This document shows positions 37,461-46,495 of a DNA stretch of 64,000 nt, one piece after another; the stretch's first letter is position 1, and every line of letters starts with the position of its first letter. The notes below the pieces were generated by a model, which worked only from the letters and a program-made list of their open reading frames with translations, did no database searches and had not been told where the DNA came from. This stretch comes from Calditrichia bacterium. GTDB lineage: Bacteria > Calditrichota > Calditrichia > RBG-13-44-9 > J075. The position numbers and the translations under genes are program-made. The DNA is taken from the NCBI GenBank assembly GCA_050633245.1, contig JBOEGD010000024.1, positions 351,513 to 415,512 of the forward strand, given 5' to 3'.

Positions 37461-38216
37461 ATGAATTTTAGAGAACTTCATTTTCAAGAGAAGCCACTGC
37501 TTATAGGTAATGTGTGGGATGTCGGCAGCGCAAAAGCCTTTGAAAAAGCCGGGTTTAGCGCACTTGGCACGTCCAGTGCGGCAATTGCTCATTCACTTGG
37601 CTATGAAGATGGTGAGCAGATGAGTTTTGATGAGCTGCTATTTATCGTGAAGCGAATTCGAGCTGCTACAACACTTCCCTTGTCCGTTGATGTAGAAGCA
37701 GGCTATGCTGAAAACTCAGCAGATATCATATCAAATATTGAACGGCTGTACGAGCTTGGAATTACCGGCATCAATATTGAAGATTCACTATCCGATGGTA
37801 AGCGCACGCTTCTGTCGATTGATCATTTTGTTCCAACGTTGAAGGCGATTTCTGACTACCTCAAGTCTGGCTCCATCGACATGTTTTTAAACGTGCGTAC
37901 CGATGCCTTTCTCTTGGGGCTGCCAAATGCTTTGCAGGAATCCGAGCTGCGAGCAAGTGCCTACCGAGAGGCCGGTGCAGACGGACTTTTCGTGCCCGGA
38001 ATAACGGCCGAGTCAGATATTGCTGCCATTGTGAACTCCGCTCAATTGCCTGTGAATGTAATGGCGATGCCAAATCTGCCAAACTTTGAAATCCTTACGG
38101 AGCTCGGTGTAAAACGCATCAGTATGGGGAATTTCCCGCATGCGGCATTGTTCAATTCTTTCGATTCGATACTAAAAACGATTCTCTCAGACAATTCTTT
38201 TGCATCAATTACTTAA
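37461..38216 (+). CDS. Isocitrate lyase/PEP mutase family protein
   Basis: NVWDVGSA, TSSAAIA, VDVEAGY, GINIEDS, NVRTD, GADGLFVPG. Confidence 0.9.
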   Translation: MNFRELHFQEKPLLIGNVWDVGSAKAFEKAGFSALGTSSAAIAHSLGYEDGEQMSFDELLFIVKRIRAATTLPLSVDVEAGYAENSADIISNIERLYELGITGINIEDSLSDGKRTLLSIDHFVPTLKAISDYLKSGSIDMFLNVRTDAFLLGLPNALQESELRASAYREAGADGLFVPGITAESDIAAIVNSAQLPVNVMAMPNLPNFEILTELGVKRISMGNFPHAALFNSFDSILKTILSDNSFASIT

Positions 38217-38286
38217 CATTGATTTCTTTCTAATATGAATGCATGTCGAGCACTATTGCCTATTCACAATTCACTTGAGGTTGAAA

Positions 38287-38754
38287 ATGAAATATGTAGC
38301 AACGATTTCCTGGCAAAAGAAGCCTGAAGAAGCATTTACCGACAATAAATACAGTCGCGCCCACCACTGGCGTTTTGACGGTGGGGCAGAGGTGTATGCC
38401 AGCGCCTCGCCGGATATCGTTCCATTGCCGTATTCCGATGCCGCAGGTGTCGATCCGGAAGAAGCATTTGTCGCATCGCTATCAAGCTGTCACATGCTGT
38501 TCTTCCTATCTTTTGCTGCTGCGAAGAATTTTACCATTCTATCTTATGAAGACAATGCTGAGGGTGTAATGGGTAAAAACACAGAGAATCGTACAGCAAT
38601 GACGGAAGTAACGTTGAAACCAAGAGTACAGTTTGGCGGAGATAATATTCCGACCGCTGAGCAGATTGATGCGCTTCACCACCGGTCGCATAAGGCCTGT
38701 TTTATTGCGAATTCAGTGAAAACGAAGGTGACAGTCGTCCCGGTCAACGACTAA
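38287..38754 (+). CDS. OsmC/Ohr-family protein
   Basis: YSRAH.W.FDGG, DPEEAFVASLSSCHML, CFIANSV; start placed at ATG 38287. Confidence 0.9.
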   Translation: MKYVATISWQKKPEEAFTDNKYSRAHHWRFDGGAEVYASASPDIVPLPYSDAAGVDPEEAFVASLSSCHMLFFLSFAAAKNFTILSYEDNAEGVMGKNTENRTAMTEVTLKPRVQFGGDNIPTAEQIDALHHRSHKACFIANSVKTKVTVVPVND

Positions 38755-38755
38755 A

Positions 38756-38838
38756 GTAGTTTTGAAGCAACTAGGCAGTTTTGAAGCAAGTGGAGCAGTT
38801 TTGAAGCAATTGGAGCAGTTTTCAAAACTGCTCCAATT
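38756..38838. repeat. REP-like palindrome preceded by 3 degenerate copies of its left arm (same family as 2488)
   Basis: GTAGTTTTGAAGCAA / CTAGGCAGTTTTGAAGCAA / GTGGAGCAGTTTTGAAGCAA, then AATTGGAGCAGTTTT-C-AAAACTGCTCCAATT. Confidence 0.88.
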
Positions 38839-38943
38839 TAGCCTTAGCATCTTTTTGCGGAACGCTTTGCTCTTCAGAATCGAGTCTGCAAAAATAGGTG
38901 CCGGTGGTGAGCTTGCTTCCATCCAGGTGAAGAGCCTTCTAGA

Positions 38944-39759
38944 CTAAGCTGGTCGCGTATCTATTCGTTCAAAGATGGATCGATAGTTTCTACTGCCGCG
39001 GAGGGAGATTCCATCGTTCATTTCTACGTAATAGTCGCCATTCAGGTGAGGTGTAATCGTTTGGACCTTAGAAATATTCACCGCGGTAGAGCGATGAATT
39101 CGTATGAACTGCTGCTCGGGAAGCCGTTGAAGCAGAGATTTTATAGAGTCTCGCACCAGAAAACGCCGAGTGGGCAGGTGAAGTTGAACATAATAGTCCT
39201 CCGCTGTGATATAGTGGATATCTCCCGGAGAGATGAAGTGTATTCTCCCATCACACTTAATTGTTATTCGATCTGGCGTATGAAGCTCAGATACTCCTTC
39301 TACAAAGCGCCCACGATTTTGCTGCCGTTCATCCCGGGAATAATTCTTCAGCAGAGTATAGAGTTTTTGTCGTTCAGTTTCAATGTCGGTCTGTTGAATC
39401 CGCGTTTTAGCCAGATTTAATGCTTCGAAAAAGCGTTCATTCGTGAACGGCTTAAGCAGATAATCTACTGCATGTACATCAAATGCGCGCAAAGCGTACT
39501 GATCATAAGCCGTGGTGAAAATTACAAGCGGCATAGATTCCTGTGAGATGCTGTTTAATACATCAAATCCGTTTACCTCCGGCATTTGAATGTCCAGAAG
39601 AATCATCTGTGGTTGACATTGATTGATTTGCTCAATCGCCTCCATGCCATTGCCACAACTTGCAAGTAACTCAATGGAGTTGTCCATTCTCAACAGCGTT
39701 TGCAGGCCTTTCCGCGCCTGCTGTTCGTCATCTACAATTATCGCAGTATAGGTAGTCAA
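38944..39759 (-). CDS. LytTR-family response regulator
   Basis: IVDDE, LDIQMP, TAYDQYA, DYLLKP, FIRIHRS. Confidence 0.95.
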   Translation of the reverse strand: MTTYTAIIVDDEQQARKGLQTLLRMDNSIELLASCGNGMEAIEQINQCQPQMILLDIQMPEVNGFDVLNSISQESMPLVIFTTAYDQYALRAFDVHAVDYLLKPFTNERFFEALNLAKTRIQQTDIETERQKLYTLLKNYSRDERQQNRGRFVEGVSELHTPDRITIKCDGRIHFISPGDIHYITAEDYYVQLHLPTRRFLVRDSIKSLLQRLPEQQFIRIHRSTAVNISKVQTITPHLNGDYYVEMNDGISLRGSRNYRSIFERIDTRPA

Positions 39760-40904
39760 TTGTTCAGCTCTTGTTGTTGAAACGGGATTTCCAATTCCAC
39801 TTTCACCCCATTGCCATGGTTGTTAATTCGCATTTCGTAGCGGTCTGAATAAAGTTTCTGCAGTCTTTCGCGTACATTTGTCAATCCAATACTGTCATAA
39901 GAGATTTCAATCCCGGATTCCGGCAACGGTGGCCCGCTATTGAAAACCGTCAGCATTAAAGTTCCATTTTTCCGAGAACAATTGATTTCGAGTCTGGCCT
40001 CTTTCATGCAGAATGAGATGCCGTGTTTAAAAGCATTCTCTACCAGCGGTTGCAGGATGAGACTGGGAACCAGCGCATTGTCCGTCGTGGCTGAACTTTC
40101 TATGCTGCAAGTGAGGCGATCGCGAAAACGAATTTGCTCAATAGCCAAATACTTTGAAGTCAACTCAAGCTCTTCTTTCAGGGAGATATACTGCTCATGT
40201 TCTCTGGTTAATGTTGTGCGCAGTAAATCGCTTAGACCGGAAATCATTTCCACAGCCTGGTCGTACTGACCGGTGCGAATCAACATTGCTATCGTATTAT
40301 TTGCATTAAATAGGAAGTGTGGTTGGACTTGCATACGAAGTGCCTGAAGTTCTGCCTGACCCAGTTGAGTTTCAAGCTCTGCAGCTAAAAGCGATTGTTG
40401 CCGAGACTTTTCATAGTAGGACAAGGCAAACAATATTACCAGCACCATCCAATAGCTTGCGGTGCTGTCTATCCATGGCGGCACAAATCGTGTTGTAAGA
40501 CGATCAATCATGAATGCCAGGTAGTCTTGCGGTATATTCTGGCCAACATAAACGTAGCTGGAAAAAAGCCAACAGAGGATAAGCGTATGCATTGCGCTGA
40601 ACAGAAGTGATGCCGGAAGTTGAACTAGAACTCGCTTTGCCCAACTGAGCTGTAGCGTTCTTTTGAAAAGCTGATAAATGGGATAGCTGATTATAAACCA
40701 CGAAAGAATGTAGCAGCTGATAAATGGCAGTACGACCAACAAAGAGAAATCGCGACCGGCATAAACGGTGTTTGCCCAGTTTTTAATCAGATCCAAAATG
40801 CCCAGAAATACCCAGAAGCCCAGCATCATCTGTGCAGGGCTGATTGTGCGGGATTTTGTGATGTTTTGTACTGAGGTTGTCATTAGCTGTTTAACCGGTT
40901 TCAT
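39756..40904 (-). CDS. LytS/YehU-family sensor histidine kinase
   Basis: N-terminal TMs, LRMQVQPHFLFN, EQIRF, LQPLVENAFKHG, IGLTNV. Confidence 0.93.
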   Translation of the reverse strand: MKPVKQLMTTSVQNITKSRTISPAQMMLGFWVFLGILDLIKNWANTVYAGRDFSLLVVLPFISCYILSWFIISYPIYQLFKRTLQLSWAKRVLVQLPASLLFSAMHTLILCWLFSSYVYVGQNIPQDYLAFMIDRLTTRFVPPWIDSTASYWMVLVILFALSYYEKSRQQSLLAAELETQLGQAELQALRMQVQPHFLFNANNTIAMLIRTGQYDQAVEMISGLSDLLRTTLTREHEQYISLKEELELTSKYLAIEQIRFRDRLTCSIESSATTDNALVPSLILQPLVENAFKHGISFCMKEARLEINCSRKNGTLMLTVFNSGPPLPESGIEISYDSIGLTNVRERLQKLYSDRYEMRINNHGNGVKVELEIPFQQQELNN

Positions 40905-41598
40905 TTAGCATTTGTTCGAGCTTTTTTTCCGCACGACTCTTCCAGAATGGAATGAAGTCTTTATTCCAATAGGTTGTCATACCGCGATTTGGTGCTTTGC
41001 TGAATATCTCGTCGGCTTTTTCCAACAATATAATTCCGGCGATCACTTCCTGATAGGTTTTGTCTTCTCCGGTAAGTGCTATGCCGTTTAGCACCATTAG
41101 CAGTGGATTTTTTGGATTTAGCCTGGCCGCTGAAAGATATTCCTGCTCCTTTAGTTTAATATACCGCTCTTTGTCCGCTTCGGTTTCAGCAACTATCCAG
41201 TTTTGAAAATTGTAGATAAAACCCTGAAGCATGTGAAAGTCCGATTGTTGTGCTGTAGACTTTTGCGGCAAGCGTTTATCGGCATTATTATAGTGCTGCT
41301 GTGCTTCATAAATAAGTGCTTTTGGGTCGAGATCCTTCGGGAAATCATCAAGTCGACCTTTTAGCCGGGCTATTTGTGTGCACAGATACGCTGCCCAATA
41401 GTTTGGCAGCCACTGGTTGGGATGCTTATTGCCAAGTGCCTTAAAAGCATTCAGCGCTTCTATTTCACCTGTAACAGTCTTTGTGGTATCGTGAATAGTG
41501 ATTGCAGTCTTCATGTCTGCCTGAAAGGTTTGTGCTGTTGCCGCGGTAATAAGCAACAGACTTATACATAAGGTGATGATACAGCGGTTATGGTTCAT
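40891..41598 (-). CDS. Secreted helical (TPR-like) hypothetical protein
   Basis: Signal peptide from ATG 41598 (GGAGG RBS), WLPNYWAAY; first gene of the LytS/LytTR operon. Confidence 0.75.
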   Translation of the reverse strand: MNHNRCIITLCISLLLITAATAQTFQADMKTAITIHDTTKTVTGEIEALNAFKALGNKHPNQWLPNYWAAYLCTQIARLKGRLDDFPKDLDPKALIYEAQQHYNNADKRLPQKSTAQQSDFHMLQGFIYNFQNWIVAETEADKERYIKLKEQEYLSAARLNPKNPLLMVLNGIALTGEDKTYQEVIAGIILLEKADEIFSKAPNRGMTTYWNKDFIPFWKSRAEKKLEQMLNETG

Positions 41599-41662
41599 AC
41601 GTCCTCCGGTTTGGGTGATATCGGAAGATAGGGGTTGCCGATGAAGTTGCAAGCAATAGTCC

Positions 41663-41693
41663 GTAAGCTGAGTCGGATCCGCAGTAAGCAGAG
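41663..41693. promoter_or_regulatory. Candidate LytTR binding direct repeats
   Basis: GTAAGCTGAG (41663) and GTAAGCAGAG (41684), 21-bp period, upstream of the operon. Confidence 0.55.
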
Positions 41694-41899
41694 CTTGTTT
41701 AGCTGTTCCCATCATCTCGATGTGATTCCCGTCCTTTGATTGAGAGTGGGATTACACTATATTTTTGCAAACTCTACAATCGTTTAATATCGTGAAGCGA
41801 CAACATATCTTTCCACTTAACAACTCACGCATTACGTTTAATGTTTGTTCTGGCTGAGTTATGTTGAGAGAATCCTTACTCTTTGGAAATCTTTAAGTT

Positions 41900-43294
41900 A
41901 TGATGAAAGCACAATTGCCGGTTGGCGCCATTGTTGATGATAAGTATGAAATTCTGAGCATTCTTGGTCAGGGTGGGATGGGTATTGTCTATTTGGCGCG
42001 ACATCTTCGCTTAGAGAAAGATGTTGCGCTAAAAGTGCTCTATCCAAACCTGATGGCAGATCGCGATGCTCAGGAAAAGCGTTTTCTGGTAGAAGGGCAG
42101 GCGATGGCGCAGCTGCAGCACAAGCACATTGTTGCAGTAAGCGATCTAAAAATTAGCGACGATCTATTTTTTCTTGAGATGGAGTTAATCGATGGTGAAA
42201 CTCTCGATGCGCATATCAGGCAGTCAGGCCCACTCGAGGTTAAGCGCGCACTGCACCTCTTAAAACAAATTCTTGAAGCGATTCGCGCTGCCCACGAGCA
42301 TCCTATCCGAATCCTTCATCGCGATCTGAAACCGGGAAACATTATGCTAACCTCTGCGGACAACGTGAAGGTGACAGATTTCGGACTTGCAAAAATGCGC
42401 GAGGGAATGAATCTTACGCTGGATGGAGCATCTGCGGGAACGATGGGATATTCGGCACCCGAGCAATTTCTAAGCCTGAAAAAAGCCGATGAGAGAAGCG
42501 ATATTTATGCGCTGGGTATGATCCTGTACTCCATGTTGTTGGGCAGTAAACCCTCTTATTCAACCGATGATGAGGGTAATATTCAATCGCCTTCCGTCCT
42601 CCTGCCGGATTTATCTCAGAAAATTTGTGCCGTTATCGACAAGGCCATTCAGATAGATCCTGTTAATCGTTTTCAATCTATTGCTGAGATGCAGCGGGCA
42701 CTGTTTGCGGCAACGCCGGTTTCTGCCGATGCAGAGACAATTCTTGAAGAATCACCATCTGATAATTCTGAAAAGGTGAAGCTAAATAGCAATACGAAAC
42801 AACAGAAACCGTCTCATGGCGGTGAAGAGCTGGTGCTGCCGTCTGTTGAAGAAGCTGTTCCGTTAATTAAGCAGCGCAATCTTGCATTGATTTTACTGAT
42901 TCCCGTTGCGCTGCTGATTTTTTGGTTTGCTATTCCCAACGACCCTCCCGACAAGCCGACAGAAACTGTTTTAGCGCAACACGCTGATTTGCCGACCTTC
43001 CCCCCGACTGTGGTCGAAGCCATGCAGATAGAACACTCGAATGATCTGCTGAAATTCCTGCAGCAAAAACGCCGTGAGGGTGTTTTGTTGGTTGGTAACA
43101 AAAGTGACATGGGTAATTTTATTCAGGATGTCTATGTTGTAATCTTTGATACGTCGCGTGTACATGCGATCCTGAACAGTACTGAAGCCGGTTTTGTTGA
43201 ACTTAAAAGCGGCAAGGAACTATCGAACCTGTCTAAATATCAAGCAGATGGCATTCGCACGGCATGGATAAAATTGTATGATGCTGCAAAATAG
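41900..43294 (+). CDS. Hanks-type Ser/Thr protein kinase with TM and extracytoplasmic C-terminal domain
   Basis: LGQGGMGIVY, VALK, HRDLKPGN, DFG, APE, DIYALG, then a TM segment. Confidence 0.95.
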   Translation: MMKAQLPVGAIVDDKYEILSILGQGGMGIVYLARHLRLEKDVALKVLYPNLMADRDAQEKRFLVEGQAMAQLQHKHIVAVSDLKISDDLFFLEMELIDGETLDAHIRQSGPLEVKRALHLLKQILEAIRAAHEHPIRILHRDLKPGNIMLTSADNVKVTDFGLAKMREGMNLTLDGASAGTMGYSAPEQFLSLKKADERSDIYALGMILYSMLLGSKPSYSTDDEGNIQSPSVLLPDLSQKICAVIDKAIQIDPVNRFQSIAEMQRALFAATPVSADAETILEESPSDNSEKVKLNSNTKQQKPSHGGEELVLPSVEEAVPLIKQRNLALILLIPVALLIFWFAIPNDPPDKPTETVLAQHADLPTFPPTVVEAMQIEHSNDLLKFLQQKRREGVLLVGNKSDMGNFIQDVYVVIFDTSRVHAILNSTEAGFVELKSGKELSNLSKYQADGIRTAWIKLYDAAK

Positions 43295-43303
43295 GATAAG
43301 TGT

Positions 43304-44287
43304 ATGAGATACCTTGTTACAATACTACTTGTTTTTTTACTCGCTCCGGGACTACAGGCAAGCACGACCAAGGTTGTATTAATGGCTGGTGCAGATGTGG
43401 ATCTTACCCGGAAGCTGGAAACGAGCTTGACCGATGTATTAAATACGGTCAACTCAAATTATGACCTGAATGGCCCGCTGGACAGGCTGTCTACTCGATT
43501 TTCAGAGAACGCCTTTCAAAAATTTCAAAAGCTTTCCAGCATAACGCGCATGTATGCCGAACGCAATGAGTATCGCCTTCTGCTCACAACTACAGAGGAA
43601 GGCCATTACGAGGTGCGGGATGTTGTGGTGCGGGTTGACCCCGGAAGTACTCAAAATGTCCCGTTTCAAAATCTAGTATTTGTGTTCAATTCCTCAGGAA
43701 TAATTGTCAACGTCTATTTTGCCATTGAAACGCATCATTATCGCGATATCCTTGGTTATGGCAAAGCCGTACAGGATCTGGCAAACCGCGAAAAGATATT
43801 GTTCTTTCTGGAGCTCTACCGATCTGCCTACAGTTCTAAGGATGTAGACTTTATCCGCAGCACATTGTCTGATAATGCGTTGATTATTGTGGGGCAGGTG
43901 GTAGAAGAGCGTGAAGCCACTGCAGACTTTTTGAATAAGAGCTCATTGAGCCGAGATAAGATTAACTTCATTCGCCTGGAAAAAAGCAGCTATCTGCAGC
44001 GCCTCTCTAAGGTCTTTAAGCAAAATGATTTTGTACACATCGAATTTGATCAGGTGCGATTACAGAGGCATCCAAATCTCAAGGAGATTTACGGCATTCA
44101 GCTAAAGCAGCGCTGGAATTCGTCTAATTATACAGATGAAGGTTATCTTTTTCTGATGATAGATTTTAAGAACCCCGAAGAGCCGATGATTCACGTGCGT
44201 GCCTGGCAGCCACAGGTGTTTGAAGATGACTCAACTATCTCTATCTACGACTTTGAATTACTTCCGGGAGTTGATACAGACGAATGA
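43304..44287 (+). CDS. Secreted hypothetical protein, possible NTF2-like C-terminal domain
   Basis: Signal peptide; YRSAYSSKD...YGIQLKQRWNSSNYTDEGYLFLMIDF...IHVRAWQP. Confidence 0.75.
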   Translation: MRYLVTILLVFLLAPGLQASTTKVVLMAGADVDLTRKLETSLTDVLNTVNSNYDLNGPLDRLSTRFSENAFQKFQKLSSITRMYAERNEYRLLLTTTEEGHYEVRDVVVRVDPGSTQNVPFQNLVFVFNSSGIIVNVYFAIETHHYRDILGYGKAVQDLANREKILFFLELYRSAYSSKDVDFIRSTLSDNALIIVGQVVEEREATADFLNKSSLSRDKINFIRLEKSSYLQRLSKVFKQNDFVHIEFDQVRLQRHPNLKEIYGIQLKQRWNSSNYTDEGYLFLMIDFKNPEEPMIHVRAWQPQVFEDDSTISIYDFELLPGVDTDE

Positions 44288-45624
44288 AATCCTTCTGGTC
44301 TTTAACATGCATTCTGATATGCAGCTTCTGCCTACAGGGCGCGGACTTTGAACAATGGGGTAAATCTCTCATGGCAAGTCCGGGGAGTCATTTTGCTGAG
44401 TCTTATGAAAAGAATATCTTTCTGCGCTTTCGCAGCAAGTTTCGCTCGGCAAAACTTCTGCGCGTCTTCGGGGAAGGGCAGCGACGCGTGCTCGAACTGC
44501 GTCTTGCTGCAGGAAACAAGCCTTACTCACTTGTTATGATTGTAAACGACAAGAATCAGGTGCGGCGTGTTTATCGACAAATTGTCGGGTTGCCAATCGA
44601 TGAGCGTGAGCGACAGGATAGTGCACTGCAGTGGCTTGGCAGTCTGCTTTATCGCTGCGATGCTTCTGATCGTCAAACGCTGGAAGATCTGCTTTATCAG
44701 AAAGATATCCAGATGGCATATGAAAACAGCCATAACAAAACCGAAGTCATTCGCCGATTGCTAAAGGATTTTCCCGGCACTGTAGGTTATCGCAATATTT
44801 CGGTTGAAGAGCGTGATGGTGCCTATCGCATTGCGCTCGATCTTGCAAATTTAGAGTTGTTGAAGGTTGAAATTCCTTCGCGCCTGGCGGTATTGAATGA
44901 AGTTAATGAGCTGCGAGATTTACTGTTAAGCGATTTGCAAAATTCACTGCGCTCCACAACTGCGGTTGCTGCAAATGAGGTGGAGTTTTTTCGTGCATTG
45001 CCAAAACAGTATGCTGATTTAAAGCGAACGGCCGATATGCTTACCATTCCATATCCGACGGAAAGAAGCCTTCAGCTTACCGGAGTGGACTATATGACCG
45101 TAACTGATGAGGTTCCACCGATGCAGGCGCGATTGACGCTGGATTATGATGAATCGAAAAGTACGGTACTTATTAATCAACAGCTTCCAGTTGCGGTACG
45201 CGGTGATGTCGGTAAGGTCGATGAAGACCAGTTGAGAACATTTACGAAGGCGCTTCAACTTACATATGATATGTTTCTTTTTAGCTCGGAGGTTCAACAT
45301 CCGGTATGGACAATAATTAAAGGTAAGCTGAGTTTTCGCAATAAACAGAATGTTGAGCTTCCTGTCGAAAATGGTGCACAGTGGCAACAGCTTTGGTCTA
45401 CCCTGGCTGCGGACAAAGGGCTTTATTTTTATCCATCCTGGATAGAAAGAGAAGAAGATGCGGTTATTCTTGAAGGCGCACTATACATGTTGAAAGATAC
45501 AAAGTTTGACTTGTATCATTTGGCAGAAGTACGTTTTCGTTTTGCACTCCCAATCGCGCAAGAACCGTCATTCTTGCGCTTGTCTCTGTATTCGTGGCTG
45601 CGAAATTCTGAAGAGCTTCAATAA
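44284..45624 (+). CDS. Secreted hypothetical protein
   Basis: 446-aa ORF, ATGA overlap with the upstream gene, signal-peptide-like N-terminus. Confidence 0.75.
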   Translation: MKSFWSLTCILICSFCLQGADFEQWGKSLMASPGSHFAESYEKNIFLRFRSKFRSAKLLRVFGEGQRRVLELRLAAGNKPYSLVMIVNDKNQVRRVYRQIVGLPIDERERQDSALQWLGSLLYRCDASDRQTLEDLLYQKDIQMAYENSHNKTEVIRRLLKDFPGTVGYRNISVEERDGAYRIALDLANLELLKVEIPSRLAVLNEVNELRDLLLSDLQNSLRSTTAVAANEVEFFRALPKQYADLKRTADMLTIPYPTERSLQLTGVDYMTVTDEVPPMQARLTLDYDESKSTVLINQQLPVAVRGDVGKVDEDQLRTFTKALQLTYDMFLFSSEVQHPVWTIIKGKLSFRNKQNVELPVENGAQWQQLWSTLAADKGLYFYPSWIEREEDAVILEGALYMLKDTKFDLYHLAEVRFRFALPIAQEPSFLRLSLYSWLRNSEELQ

Positions 45625-45640
45625 CACTTTATAAAATCTG

Positions 45641-46453
45641 GTGAGAGCTATGCAAAAGACAATAAACCTGATAAAAACGACTGTGCTTTTTTGTTCAATG
45701 TCCATTGGCATCTTTGCACAATCACAGCAGATTTTTGATGACATGGTAATCGAGGATATCTCGAAAAGTGAAGAGATATCGCGTATTGTCTTGTTGGAGT
45801 CTGACCAGGCAGCTTTGGTGGTGAAATCTCAAATCCCCTCACTGGTTATCACTTCGAACAATTCAATTTTGCAAAACACACAGCGTGAACCAGGTGTCTG
45901 GTACTTGCTGTTGAAACCGGGCACACACCGCATTCGCATCAACGCTGAGGGCCATAATTCTGTTGTTCATCGCATTAATTTAAAAGATAAAGAGGTTGCA
46001 GGCTTAAAAGTGAACCTCGTTCCGGCAGATGAAAGCATTAGTGGTCTTCTTTCGATAACATCACAACCGGATTCTGCTTCGGTCTATTTAAATGATGAGC
46101 GTTACGGCAGCACGCCTTTTCTCGGTCGGATTCGCGTAGGGCGCTATAACCTGGAATTGCGGCGAAACGGCTACCTGCCATATAAGCTGCGTCTGCTTTT
46201 ATTGCCCGGTGAAAACAAGCAAATGGAAGCTATTTTGGAGCGAGATATCAGTATTGTACAAGAAACTTCGGCCAATACGCTGCCAGCTGATTCTGAAAAA
46301 GGATTCTGGACTGGAGGCAAAGCAATATTGGCGGGTGGCGGAGCCATTGTTCTTGGCGGCGCAGCCTGGCTTTTACTGTCGGGAAAAGATGATCCAACAA
46401 CAGACGATCCGGTCAATCCACTGCCCGATCCGGTATTTCCACCAAACGATTAA
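45641..46453 (+). CDS. PEGA-domain protein with C-terminal hydrophobic anchor
   Basis: LSITSQPDSASVYLND..YGSTP...GRYNLELRRNGY; C-terminal Gly-rich TM followed by LPDP.FPP. Confidence 0.85.
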   Translation: MRAMQKTINLIKTTVLFCSMSIGIFAQSQQIFDDMVIEDISKSEEISRIVLLESDQAALVVKSQIPSLVITSNNSILQNTQREPGVWYLLLKPGTHRIRINAEGHNSVVHRINLKDKEVAGLKVNLVPADESISGLLSITSQPDSASVYLNDERYGSTPFLGRIRVGRYNLELRRNGYLPYKLRLLLLPGENKQMEAILERDISIVQETSANTLPADSEKGFWTGGKAILAGGGAIVLGGAAWLLLSGKDDPTTDDPVNPLPDPVFPPND

Positions 46454-46495
46454 GATGATATCTACAATATATCGAGCTTATTGATAGAAGGACGA

